The notes beneath the pieces were generated by a model that was given only the letters and a program-made list of their open reading frames with translations, made no database searches and was not told the origin of the DNA. The translations under genes were made by a program, and so were the position numbers. From NCBI GenBank assembly GCA_041941745.1, contig CP145885.1, forward strand, positions 348,531-380,530: a stretch of DNA of 32,000 bases, given 5' to 3'. Shown piece after piece: positions 1-9,251 of this stretch; position 1 is the first letter of the stretch, and every line of letters starts with the position of its first letter. Origin of the DNA: Candidatus Dasytiphilus stammeri. GTDB taxonomy: Bacteria > Pseudomonadota > Gammaproteobacteria > Enterobacterales > Enterobacteriaceae.

Positions 1-1
1 T

Positions 2-898
2 TTATTAGGTGGTAATTCTCGGGAGAGAAATATTTCTTTGTTATCTGGTACTGCAATATTAGCTGGTTTAAAAGAGGCAGGGATTAATGCATATGCAGTT
101 GATATAAAATATCATCCAGTAATTGATCTTAAATCTGCCGGATTTAAAAAAGTTTTTATTGCCTTACATGGATGTGGAGGAGAAGATGGAATATTACAAG
201 GAATATTAGAATTTCAAAAAATACCTTACACTGGTAGTAGAGTGATGGCCTCAGCGATTAGTATGGATAAATATCGTACTAAGTTATTGTGGAAAGGTCT
301 TGGTTTACCAGTAGCCTCTTGGATAACACTTACTTACTCTGATTTTCTCAAAGGATTAAATCCTACAATAATAAATAATATAAAAAAATTAATGCCAGTT
401 ATTATAAAACCAAGTAACCAAGGTTCTAGTTTAGGAATAAAAAAAATAGAAAAAATAGAATCTTTAGAAGAAGCATTAAAACATGCATTTTTTTATGATA
501 AATTAGTTTTAATAGAAAAATGGTTAGATGGACCAGAATACACTATAGTTATTATAGGGGATCGTGTTTTACCTATAATGAGAATTGAACCTCAAGGCAT
601 TTTTTATGATTATTATTCAAAATATCATTCTAATAGAACAAAATATTATTGTCCTTGTGGTTTATCTCTTGAACAAGAATCTGTTTTACAGAAATTAGCG
701 TTAACCGCATGGTATGGATTGGGGTGTAGTGGATGGGGGAGAGTAGATGCTATGCAAGATAGGGATGGTAATTTTTATTTACTTGAAGTTAATACTGTTC
801 CTGGCATGACTTCTCATAGTTTAGTTCCTATTGCTGCTCAATATTCTGGTATTAATTATTCACAACTAGTTACTAATATTCTAGCATTAGCTACTTGA
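2..898 (+). CDS. ddlB: D-alanine--D-alanine ligase B (5' end off the window)
   Basis: The frame-2 ORF runs off the left edge ([23 protein letters not shown]...). It is collinear with E. coli DdlB: [54 protein letters not shown]. The TTG at 38 in the ORF track is internal. Confidence 0.95.
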   Translation, partial: LLGGNSRERNISLLSGTAILAGLKEAGINAYAVDIKYHPVIDLKSAGFKKVFIALHGCGGEDGILQGILEFQKIPYTGSRVMASAISMDKYRTKLLWKGLGLPVASWITLTYSDFLKGLNPTIINNIKKLMPVIIKPSNQGSSLGIKKIEKIESLEEALKHAFFYDKLVLIEKWLDGPEYTIVIIGDRVLPIMRIEPQGIFYDYYSKYHSNRTKYYCPCGLSLEQESVLQKLALTAWYGLGCSGWGRVDAMQDRDGNFYLLEVNTVPGMTSHSLVPIAAQYSGINYSQLVTNILALAT

Positions 899-968
899 TA
901 TAAAAAAAATATTTTTTTCAAAAAAAATCTAAAAAATAGATTAATATTATTAACTATTATTTGATTCT

Positions 969-1418
969 TCATTTTTTATTTGCTAAATCAGCTAATTTTT
1001 CTAAGGCATTTTTAACGTTTTGAGGACTTCTTTCTGCTACTTTACGTAATAAAATTGCAGTTTTATTACTTATAGGTGTAATATATCTATATTTTATAGG
1101 ATAATCAATCATTACTAATGATGGATTTATTACAAAATTAATTGCCCTTAATGAGGGTAAGGTTTTTTTTCGTAAAATAGAAAGTAATACTGATTGTTCA
1201 TAACGTAACCTGGTCATCCAATTAGCATTTGCTGTTTCAACTATTAAAATATTTTTGCGTAAATTAGCAACTCGACACCATGCATGAAAAAATTGAGGTA
1301 ATTCTGCTTTGACTGCACGATCTAAGAGAATTAATTTAATTGCTTTTTTATGTAACGATTCTAATATACCTTCTCTTTTTAAATATTTTTCTATTTTATA
1401 GGGACAACTAAAACGCAT
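969..1418 (-). CDS. DUF721 / DciA-like protein (putative helicase-loading factor family)
   Basis: 149-aa basic ORF starting at ATG 1418 (TTG 1430 is an alternative). The core HAWCRVANLRKNILIVETANANWMTRLRYEQSVLLSILRK...INFVINP fits the DUF721 pattern, and the tail SPQNVKNALEKLADLANKK is also family-like. It is divergent from secA, as DUF721 genes are in Vibrio and Pseudomonas. The assignment is from memory of the family pattern, not a search. Confidence 0.6.
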   Translation of the reverse strand: MRFSCPYKIEKYLKREGILESLHKKAIKLILLDRAVKAELPQFFHAWCRVANLRKNILIVETANANWMTRLRYEQSVLLSILRKKTLPSLRAINFVINPSLVMIDYPIKYRYITPISNKTAILLRKVAERSPQNVKNALEKLADLANKK

Positions 1419-1672
1419 AATATCTTCCAATATAAAAAAATCATAGTGACATGATTAAAAATCGTTTGAATAATTTGCATATAAGTATATAACTATTCTT
1501 CTAAAAAAAAATTTTTATTAAAAAATAATTTTTCATAAAATTATGATATAAGTCATTTACTTAGATAAAATCCATACTCTAATACAATATTTAAAATTTA
1601 TCTAATTAAGATATTATAATTATAAGATTCTAAAATTTAAATAAATAATAAGTAAGGGGGCATAGGCTTTTT

Positions 1673-4276
1673 ATGTTATTTAAAATGTTTACCAATATCT
1701 TTGGTAGTCGAAATAATCGGATTTTATCTCGTCTTAATAAAATTGTTGATAACATCAATAAACTTGAAAAAAATTTTTCAATATTATCTGATAAAGATTT
1801 AAGGGAGAAAACAAATATATTTCGATATCGTCTACAACATGGAGAAACTCTAGAGGATATCTTGCCTGAAGCTTTTGCTACTGTTCGTGAAACTAGTATA
1901 CGAGTTCTTAATATGCGCCCTTTTGATGTTCAATTACTGGGAGGAATAGTACTTAATAATCGTAGTATTGCTGAAATGCGGACGGGTGAAGGAAAAACTT
2001 TAACAGCTACTCTGCCAGTATATTTAAATGCCTTAACTGGTAAAGGAGTACATATTGTTACTGTTAATGATTATTTAGCACAGAGAGATGCTAATCTTAA
2101 TCGTCCTTTATTTGAGTTTTTAGCAATGACTGTGGGAATTAATTTAGCCGGGATGTCTATATCAGCTAAACAGAGTGCTTATGCTGCTGATATAACTTAT
2201 GGTACTAATAATGAATATGGTTTTGATTATTTACGAGATAATATGGTTTTTGATACTAAAGAACGTGTACAGCGTTCATTATATTACGCTTTAGTAGATG
2301 AAGTAGATTCAATATTAATTGATGAAGCTCGTACTCCTTTAATTATTTCTGGCCCTGTAGAAAATCGGGCAGAACTTTATATAAGATTTAATAAATTTAT
2401 TACACATTTAATACAACAAGAAAAAGATGATTCGGATACTTTTCAGGGCAAAGGACATTTTTCAATAGATGAAAAGTCGAGACAAGTTTATCTTACAGAA
2501 CGTGGTCTTATTTTAATAGAATCTTTATTAGTTAAAGAAAGATTGATGAAAGAAAATGAATCACTATATTTACCTTCTAATATGATACTTATGCATCATG
2601 TTATTGCTGCTTTACGTGCGCATACATTATTTATGCGTAATATTGACTATATTGTTAAAAATGGCGAAATTATTATTGTTGATGAACATACCGGCCGAAC
2701 TATGCCCGGAAGGCGTTGGGCTGATGGATTACATCAAGGAATAGAAGCAAAAGAAGGAGTACCTATTCAAAATGAAAATCAGACTCTAGCATCTATTACT
2801 TTTCAAAATTACTTTCGACTATATGAAAAATTATCAGGTATGACTGGAACAGCAGATACTGAAGCATTTGAATTTCGTTCAATATATCAATTAGATACAA
2901 TTGTAATTCCAACTAATAGTTTAATGATACGTAAAGATTTACCTGATTTAGTTTATCTAACCGATAAAGAAAAAATTGATGCTATTGTTAAAGCCATTCA
3001 TGAATGTCAACAGAAAAATCAACCTGTTTTAGTTGGAACTATTTCTATTGAAAAATCAGAAATTATTTCACATGCTTTAATTAAAGAAGGTATAATACAT
3101 AATGTATTAAATGCAAAATTTCCAGCTAGAGAAGCAGATATTATTGCCCAAGCTGGAAAAGCAGGAGCTGTAACAATTGCAACTAATATGGCAGGACGTG
3201 GAACAGATATTATACTGGGAGGTAGTTGGCAATCAGAGATATATAAAATAAAAAATCCTACAATGCAACAAATTAAATATATTAAAGAAAATTGGAAAAA
3301 AAATCATGATTATGTTTTAAAATCAGGAGGATTACATATAATTGGTACAGAACGCCATGAATCTCGTCGTATTGATAATCAATTACGTGGAAGATCAGGA
3401 CGACAAGGAGATCCAGGATCTTCAAGGTTTTATCTTTCTATGGAAGATGGTTTAATGCGTCTTTTTGCATCTGATCGTTTAGCCGGAATTATGAAAAAAT
3501 TAGGAATGAAATCAGGCGAAGCTATAGAACATCCTTGGGTAACTAAAGCTATTGCTAATGCACAATGCAAATTAGAAAATCGTAATTTTGAAATTCGTAA
3601 ACAGTTATTGGAATATGATGATGTTGCTAATGATCAAAGACAGGCAATTTATGCACAGCGCAATGCATTATTAGAGAGTCCAGATATTAGTATTACTATT
3701 AGTAATATATATGAAGATGTATTAATATCAGTAATATATAGATATATTCCTCCTAATTCTTTAGAAAAAATGTGGAATATTGATGGATTAATTAATCATT
3801 TACGAAATGACTTCGATCTTGAATTACCTATTTATCAATTAATAAAAGAAAAAAATAGCTGTTTTTTAGATACAAAAAAAGTATGCTGGTTAATTATTAA
3901 TTATTTAAAAAAAATATATGAAGACAAGATCAAAATATTAGATGTTGAATTACTTCATAAATTTGAAAAAAATATATTTTTACAAATATTAGATTATTTA
4001 TGGAAAGAGCATTTAGTTGCTCTGGAATATTTACGCCAAGGCATTCATCTTAGATGTTATGCTCAAAAAGATCCAAAACAAGAATATAAACGTGAATCAT
4101 TTATCATGTTTTCTAGAATGTTAGAAAATATGAAATATGAAGTAGTTAAAGTTATTTCTAAAATAGAATTATTTTTTAGCGGCGAAATGTCAATTGGTTA
4201 TAACAAACATGAACTTAAAAATGAAAAATTATTAGTCAATACTACTTTTTTACCAAAAGTAGGTAATCGTCACTAA
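1673..4276 (+). CDS. secA: Preprotein translocase ATPase SecA (C-terminal zinc-binding tail missing)
   Basis: 867 aa, collinear with E. coli SecA from MLxKxxTxxFGSRNxR through [13 protein letters not shown]. Walker A is [14 protein letters not shown], with [19 protein letters not shown]. The SD AAGGGGG lies upstream. The protein ends ...KVGNRH followed by TAA TGA, where E. coli has [21 protein letters not shown]. Confidence 0.97.
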   Translation: MLFKMFTNIFGSRNNRILSRLNKIVDNINKLEKNFSILSDKDLREKTNIFRYRLQHGETLEDILPEAFATVRETSIRVLNMRPFDVQLLGGIVLNNRSIAEMRTGEGKTLTATLPVYLNALTGKGVHIVTVNDYLAQRDANLNRPLFEFLAMTVGINLAGMSISAKQSAYAADITYGTNNEYGFDYLRDNMVFDTKERVQRSLYYALVDEVDSILIDEARTPLIISGPVENRAELYIRFNKFITHLIQQEKDDSDTFQGKGHFSIDEKSRQVYLTERGLILIESLLVKERLMKENESLYLPSNMILMHHVIAALRAHTLFMRNIDYIVKNGEIIIVDEHTGRTMPGRRWADGLHQGIEAKEGVPIQNENQTLASITFQNYFRLYEKLSGMTGTADTEAFEFRSIYQLDTIVIPTNSLMIRKDLPDLVYLTDKEKIDAIVKAIHECQQKNQPVLVGTISIEKSEIISHALIKEGIIHNVLNAKFPAREADIIAQAGKAGAVTIATNMAGRGTDIILGGSWQSEIYKIKNPTMQQIKYIKENWKKNHDYVLKSGGLHIIGTERHESRRIDNQLRGRSGRQGDPGSSRFYLSMEDGLMRLFASDRLAGIMKKLGMKSGEAIEHPWVTKAIANAQCKLENRNFEIRKQLLEYDDVANDQRQAIYAQRNALLESPDISITISNIYEDVLISVIYRYIPPNSLEKMWNIDGLINHLRNDFDLELPIYQLIKEKNSCFLDTKKVCWLIINYLKKIYEDKIKILDVELLHKFEKNIFLQILDYLWKEHLVALEYLRQGIHLRCYAQKDPKQEYKRESFIMFSRMLENMKYEVVKVISKIELFFSGEMSIGYNKHELKNEKLLVNTTFLPKVGNRH

Positions 4277-4366
4277 TGATTGAATAAGAAATATAAGCAA
4301 AAACAGAGTTATGATCAAAAAAATAAATTGAGTCTTAACACAATTTTTTTTATAAACATAAAAATG

Positions 4367-4522
4367 TTATTTTTTTTCATTATATAAATAAATATGTTTT
4401 TCTTCTGTAATCCATTCTCCTAAATCAATTAACTTACACCGATAGCTACAAAATGGCCTGAATTTATTTGCTTTATTCCAAATTAATTTTTGAAAACAAA
4501 TAGGACATTTTATTTGATACAT
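4367..4522 (-). CDS. yacG: DNA gyrase inhibitor YacG (zinc finger), 51 aa
   Basis: Not in the ORF track because it is under 60 aa. The reverse-strand translation is [51 protein letters not shown]. It matches E. coli YacG: CPxC...FRPFCSxRCxLIDLGEWxxEEKxI. ATG at 4522-4520, TAA at 4369-4367. Confidence 0.85.
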   Translation of the reverse strand: MYQIKCPICFQKLIWNKANKFRPFCSYRCKLIDLGEWITEEKHIYLYNEKK

Positions 4523-4549
4523 ATTAGTTCAATTCCTTATTAAATTAAA

Positions 4550-4582
4550 TAAGTAAATTATTTATAATAAATAATTTACTTA
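4550..4582 (-). terminator. Perfect 15-bp inverted repeat with a 3-nt loop between the fmt stop and the yacG start (candidate terminator/attenuator hairpin)
   Basis: T-AAGTAAATTATTTA (4550-4564) pairs with TAAATAATTTACTT-A (4568-4582). All 15 positions are complementary, with loop TAA. On the minus strand it lies 22 nt after the fmt stop and is followed by TTTAATTT, then the yacG SD (AAGGAA) and ATG. Confidence 0.45.
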
Positions 4583-4604
4583 AAAGTAATATATAAATTT
4601 AAAA

Positions 4605-5582
4605 TTAAAGAATAGTTCCAGGTACAAAAAATTTTTTACGAGAATTAAAAAAATCACTTATTTTCATTACTATTTTACCAGCTGGTTGTATTTTTTGTAT
4701 ATTCAAAAAATCTTGGGCTGTAGCAATTATAAGGCCATTTTTATTAAATTGAACAATTTCTCCTGGATGATAATTATAATGAGAATAATTTTGTATAATT
4801 GATGCTTGCCATACTTTTATGCGAATACCACCTAACATAAAATAACTTATAGGCCAGGGATTAAAAGCCCGTATATAACGATCAATCTGTAAAGATGATT
4901 GATTCCAATTAATCAGAGCTTCTTTTTTACTTATTTTATTTGCATAGGTAGCAAATAATTCTTGTTGTGGTTTTGGTTTTAATGTTCCATTAAGTAAATA
5001 ATTTAACGTTATTAACATACTCCTTGTACCAATATTAGATAATTTATCAAAAAGTGTTGCACTTGTATCGGTTGCTTTAATTGGACATTCAATTTGATGT
5101 AAAATATCTCCTGTATCAATACTTGATTTCATTTGGATAATAGTAATCCCGGTTTTTTGATCTCCGGCTATTATTGCACGTTGTATAGGTGCTGGTCCCC
5201 TCCATCTTGGTAGCAAAGAACCATGTATATTAATACATCCAAATTTAGGGGCTTTTAAAATAAATTCAGGAAAAATCTTCCCATAGGCAACAACCACCAT
5301 AATATCAGCTTTTAATTTTATAATTTCTTTATAGTATTCTTTCTTAAATAAAGAATCAGGTTGTAATAATAAAATATTATGTTTGATAGCTAATTGTTTC
5401 ACTGGACTATAAATAAATTTATTGCCGTGGAAACTATTATTTGGAGAATCTGGGGCCGTCAAGACAGCACTAATTTTAAAATTGTTTTTTAATAATGTAT
5501 TAAGATGATAAGCTGCAAAATTGGGAGTACCTGCAAAAATAATTTTTAATACATTTTCTTTATATTTATTGTTAATAAACAT
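4605..5582 (-). CDS. fmt: Methionyl-tRNA formyltransferase
   Basis: Collinear with E. coli Fmt: IIFAGTP.FAA.HL, MVVVAYG.I.P, GCIN.HGSLLPRWRG.APIQR, AFNPWP, QPAGK. I prefer ATG 5582 (MFINNKYKENVLKIIFAGTP), which lies 4 nt after the def stop. The ATG at 5618 in the ORF track would overlap def by 32 nt. Confidence 0.93.
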   Translation of the reverse strand: MFINNKYKENVLKIIFAGTPNFAAYHLNTLLKNNFKISAVLTAPDSPNNSFHGNKFIYSPVKQLAIKHNILLLQPDSLFKKEYYKEIIKLKADIMVVVAYGKIFPEFILKAPKFGCINIHGSLLPRWRGPAPIQRAIIAGDQKTGITIIQMKSSIDTGDILHQIECPIKATDTSATLFDKLSNIGTRSMLITLNYLLNGTLKPKPQQELFATYANKISKKEALINWNQSSLQIDRYIRAFNPWPISYFMLGGIRIKVWQASIIQNYSHYNYHPGEIVQFNKNGLIIATAQDFLNIQKIQPAGKIVMKISDFFNSRKKFFVPGTIL

Positions 5583-5586
5583 TTGA

Positions 5587-6093
5587 TCAAAAATTTTTAC
5601 TAAGAGCTTGTTTTTCAAATTTATTTAAAATACTTTGACGCTTTAAAGGTGATAAATAGTCAATAAACAATTTACCTTCTAAATGGTCAATTTCATGTTG
5701 AATACAAATAGAGATTAAATTATCTGCTACCATGATAAAAAAATTACCTTGCAGATCTAAAGCTTTGATTTTTATTTTCTCAGCTCTTGAGATAAAATGC
5801 TTTTGTGTTGGAATAGATAAACATCCTTCTTCTATGCTAGAAGAACCACTTTGCTCTAAAATCTCTGGATTAATTAAAACAATTTTTTCATTCTGTTTTT
5901 CAGATATATCAATCACAATAATACGTTTGTGAATATCTATTTGAGTTGCAGCTAACCCTATACCATTTGCATCATACATGGTATCAAACATATCATTAAC
6001 TATCTTAATAATATCATTACTTATTATTGTAACAGGTTTGGCAATAATTCTAAGTCTTTTATCCGGATAAAATAATATTTTTTTTATAGTCAT
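5587..6093 (-). CDS. def: Peptide deformylase
   Basis: 168 aa with the three deformylase motifs: [13 protein letters not shown] and HEIDHLEG. The def-fmt operon order matches E. coli. Confidence 0.96.
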   Translation of the reverse strand: MTIKKILFYPDKRLRIIAKPVTIISNDIIKIVNDMFDTMYDANGIGLAATQIDIHKRIIVIDISEKQNEKIVLINPEILEQSGSSSIEEGCLSIPTQKHFISRAEKIKIKALDLQGNFFIMVADNLISICIQHEIDHLEGKLFIDYLSPLKRQSILNKFEKQALSKNF

Positions 6094-6151
6094 ATAATAC
6101 CTTTATTTAAATAAATATGTTATAAAATTAAGTATAAACTTATTGTGTAAT

Positions 6152-6714
6152 GATTTACAATATTGTTTTTTTAAAACATATAAAAATAATATAAATTCAA
6201 AAAATATTTAATTTTTAATCATAGTATATCCAACAGAATATAATTTCTACTGTAATTCGAATAGTAAAAAAAAAATTTATAACATTTTGCTCATTTACAA
6301 AATTTTCAAAAAAAAAAGGATTAATAATTATTAATTAATAAAACATTATATTGATGAGGAACAATTATCTTATAAACTATGTTATATAATGATATTATCT
6401 GAAATATTTAATTAGACATATTACCAGTACCTAATAACATTCCATATTGGTTAATAGGTTATTTAAAATTTTTAGCTGTACGTATTTTGTTTATCAAAAA
6501 TCAGTTTAAGAATTAGGCAATGACTTTTTAAAAACACTATTTTCAACTAGTGCCAATATTATGTATCTAATCATCGACCATGTCATTTAGTAACTGGAAA
6601 AAAATATTTTGTTATCAATTATTGATATATACTGGTAATATTATAGGTTTATAGAAAAATCCTACAGAGATAATAGATATACTTACTAATAAAATTATTC
6701 ATAGTTGGTAATAA
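6152..6714 (+). pseudogene. tsaC: Decayed tsaC (yrdC), L-threonylcarbamoyladenylate synthase; boundaries approximate
   Basis: Pieces in shifting frames align in order to E. coli TsaC:
- from 6224, VYPTEYNF... vs AYPTEAVF
- from 6318, GLIII vs KGLILI
- from 6421, LPVPNNIPYWLIGYLKFLAVRI vs [22 protein letters not shown]
- from 6516, GNDFLKTLFSTSANI vs FGKPLVSTSANL
- from 6655, KNPTEIIDILTNKII vs LNPSEIRDALTGELF
The last piece ends in TAA TAA one nt before the aroE ATG, matching the tsaC-aroE adjacency in E. coli. There are at least 4 frame changes and several stops. Confidence 0.8.
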
Positions 6715-6715
6715 A

Positions 6716-7543
6716 ATGATTAATTATGCTCTTTTTGGTAATCCAGTAAAACATAGTAAATCACCGCGTATTCATGAATTATTCGCCGAACAAATGAAAA
6801 TTCATAATCATAATTATGGAATCTATTCTCCTTCTTTAAATAAATTTCCCCAAACATTACATACTTTTTTTGCGAAAGGAGCCAAAGGTGCTAATATAAC
6901 TACACCATTTAAACAAAAAGCTTTTTTATTATCTGATAAACTCACAAAACGTGCTTTATTAGCTGGGTCTGTTAATACTTTTAAAAAAATAGAAAATAAT
7001 CTATTATTAGGAGATAATACAGATGGCATTGGGTTGCTAACAGATCTTCAAAGAATTAGGATTATTAATAGTACAGATAAAATTTTGATTATTGGTTCTG
7101 GAGGGGCAGCACATGGAATAATTGAACCATTATTATCTTATGGTTGTTCTATAATTATTACTAATCGTAATATTTGTCGCGCAGAAAAATTAGTTCATAG
7201 ATTTCGTAATTATGGTTCTATTTCAGCTGTAGATGTAAAAATACTAGAAAAACATAAATTTGATTTAATCTTAAATGCTACTTCTTGTGGAATAGAAGGC
7301 AAAATTCCTTTATTGCCTAATAAAATAATTAACCGTTATACACGCTGTTATGATCTTTTTTACGATTCAAAAATCACCCCATTTTTAGAATGGTGTAAAA
7401 AACTAGGAGCTGAACAGTATGCAGATGGTATAGGAATGTTAGTAGGACAAGCAGCATATTCATTTTTTTTATGGCATGGATTATTACCGAATATAACACC
7501 AGTTATTGAACTAATAAAATATGAAATGAGAAAAAATATTTAG
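6716..7543 (+). CDS. aroE: Shikimate dehydrogenase
   Basis: 275 aa, collinear with E. coli AroE: FGNP..HSKSP.IH, GANVT.PFK, LGDNTDG.GLL.DL, GAGGA, NAT..G, ADG.GMLV.QAA..F.LWHG. Confidence 0.95.
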   Translation: MINYALFGNPVKHSKSPRIHELFAEQMKIHNHNYGIYSPSLNKFPQTLHTFFAKGAKGANITTPFKQKAFLLSDKLTKRALLAGSVNTFKKIENNLLLGDNTDGIGLLTDLQRIRIINSTDKILIIGSGGAAHGIIEPLLSYGCSIIITNRNICRAEKLVHRFRNYGSISAVDVKILEKHKFDLILNATSCGIEGKIPLLPNKIINRYTRCYDLFYDSKITPFLEWCKKLGAEQYADGIGMLVGQAAYSFFLWHGLLPNITPVIELIKYEMRKNI

Positions 7544-7580
7544 TATTTACGATTGACTTTTTTTATGAAAGCACTAATCT

Positions 7581-7656
7581 AGGGGCGTAGTTCAATTGGT
7601 AGAGCATCGGTCTCCAAAACCGGGAGTTAGGGGTTCAAGTCCCTTCGCCCCTGCCA
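7581..7656 (+). tRNA. trpT: tRNA-Trp (anticodon CCA), 3' CCA encoded
   Basis: AGGGGCGTAGTTCAATTGGTAGAGCATCGGTCTCCAAAACCG...CCCTTCGCCCCTGCCA. It is near-identical to E. coli tRNA-Trp, has a cloverleaf-compatible acceptor (AGGGGCG/CGCCCCT), and its anticodon loop is CTCCAAA. Confidence 0.95.
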
Positions 7657-7666
7657 TTAATAATAA

Positions 7667-8506
7667 TTAAAATATAATATTATTTGTTAATTCAATTAAT
7701 TTATTGATATTAGTATGAAAATCATTATTTTGTAACCAAATAGCATATAAAGAACAATTAATAACAGGAGTATTTGTAATCGCCATTAAATCGTAATAAA
7801 TTAGCTCCCATTTTTCTGGTAAAAATGCGCAAGTATTAATTGTATGTAATAAATAACGTGTTAAATGTGCAGAAGAAGTATTTAATATTGGAGACATTTT
7901 ATTTTTTGTTAGATAATCTTCATATCGATAAAAATCAGTACCCCATTCTAATTGAATATAATTGGATTTATTATTAATACTTTTATTTTTGTATGATTTA
8001 AATAATTTAAGAGAGATATTACCAATCTGTTTACTAATAAAGTTTCCTACTTTAGGGATTTCAGTACTAATTAAGATATCTAATTGATGTTCGTATAATT
8101 GTTTCATAAGTAAAGTTCGTTGTGCAATTTGAATATCGAGGTATATATCTGGCTGAACATGATAAATAGATTTAATCCAAGGAGTAAGATATGCTTCCCA
8201 TAAAGAAGCACTTGAGCCAATTGATAAATTGGGATGAATATTATTAGCAGCATATACTACCTCTTTTTTTGTTAAATTCCATGTACTAATTAAATTAGTA
8301 GCATAAGGTAATAAACGTTTCCCTGCTGGGGTTAAATCAATATTATTACGATGGCGAATAAAAAGGTTAACGCCTAATTTATTTTCCAATTGCTTAATAC
8401 GAAAACTAACAGCAGACTGAGTCAAATATAGTAATTCTGCTGCTCGACTAAAATGTCTAGTCCTACTAACTTCTAAAAAAGTTTTTAATAATTCTATATT
8501 CATCAA
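7667..8506 (-). CDS. hdfR: LysR-family transcriptional regulator HdfR
   Basis: 279 aa, the same length as E. coli HdfR. The N-terminus is nearly identical (ELLKTFLEVSRTRHF.RAAE.LYLTQSAVSFRI.QLEN.LGVNLF.RHRNNI.LT.AG..LLPYA). Also IAQR, LEWG.DF and LYAIWLQN.D. It is divergent from a maoP/yifE remnant, as in E. coli. Confidence 0.9.
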   Translation of the reverse strand: MMNIELLKTFLEVSRTRHFSRAAELLYLTQSAVSFRIKQLENKLGVNLFIRHRNNIDLTPAGKRLLPYATNLISTWNLTKKEVVYAANNIHPNLSIGSSASLWEAYLTPWIKSIYHVQPDIYLDIQIAQRTLLMKQLYEHQLDILISTEIPKVGNFISKQIGNISLKLFKSYKNKSINNKSNYIQLEWGTDFYRYEDYLTKNKMSPILNTSSAHLTRYLLHTINTCAFLPEKWELIYYDLMAITNTPVINCSLYAIWLQNNDFHTNINKLIELTNNIIF

Positions 8507-8620
8507 TATTCTCCAATATTTTTAGCAATATGATTGATATTAATTTTCCTATTTTTACAATTATTTAATCCTATCTAAGAAAAGACGTATAGTCTAACTA
8601 ACATTAGGAATATATAAAAA

Positions 8621-8907
8621 ATGTCTATAGAGTCTTTTTACTACTAATATTTTTTTTGATAAAAAACATTATCATCGTGATTATTCACGTTATGGCGATT
8701 TTAATATCAAAAAAGCTCATTCATTAAGAGAACATGGGTATGCTTTTTATGAGTTAATTTTACAAATACGCAAATCTATCTATTACAGATAAAATGTATA
8801 ATAGATATTTCCACAGATGTAAAACTGTGATTTATGTAGCACGTGTATGGATGAAAAATATTAAATGTATTATTACTAATCTAAAGCAGATTTTATATCT
8901 TATCTAG
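8621..8907 (+). pseudogene. maoP: Frameshifted maoP (yifE)
   Basis: ATG 8621 gives MSIESFYY* (stop at 8645). Shifting +1 inside the T5 run at 8635-8639 gives TTNIFFDKKHYHRDYSRYGDFNIKKAHSLREHGYAFYEL..., which matches E. coli MaoP [45 protein letters not shown]. That frame stops at 8790. A third frame then gives ...ARVWMKNI... against ERVWSKYM. So there are at least 2 frameshifts. Confidence 0.75.
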
Positions 8908-9251
8908 TGCGTAACTATATAGAGAGAATAAAAAAAAAATAATTCTTGTTTCTTTAACTTAAGAGAATGAAATAATATTAGTGAATATTAAATTTTTATT
9001 TAATTGATATTTATTATTAATAAATGGAAAAATTCCTCGTATTACTGCACTAATAATATATTTTTGATTTGTTTAAAATAAAAAAAGATATACTCGTTAT
9101 TTTTTAAACAGTATTATATACTTAAATATTATCATCTAATATGATGACAAATATGCAAATCATATATTTGATTATTTCAATTAAGTATATTCTATAAATA
9201 CTCAAAATATTTAATTTGTAATAATTATTATATATAATTTTGGAGGCCATA

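Noticed and set aside
5583-5618. Long N-terminal extensions suggested by the ORF track (fmt 5618, trxA 9240, rho 9833, corA 14919, hslV 19318, fieF 25764, rpmB 27617, dut 27698, yicC 28955, rpoZ 30075, DUF721 1430)
   Set aside because: In each case an internal ATG aligns with the E. coli N-terminus, often with a better SD. The extension is non-homologous or overlaps the upstream gene.
5732-5932. 66-aa + strand ORF inside def
   Set aside because: It is entirely antisense to the well-conserved def gene, with no SD and low-complexity Ile/Phe/Ser/Lys-rich sequence. It is a typical shadow ORF in AT-rich DNA. The same reasoning applies to 6823-7029 (antisense to aroE), 17349-17570 (deoD), 18313-18495 (deoB), 19961-20236 (hslU) and 29158-29421 (yicC).
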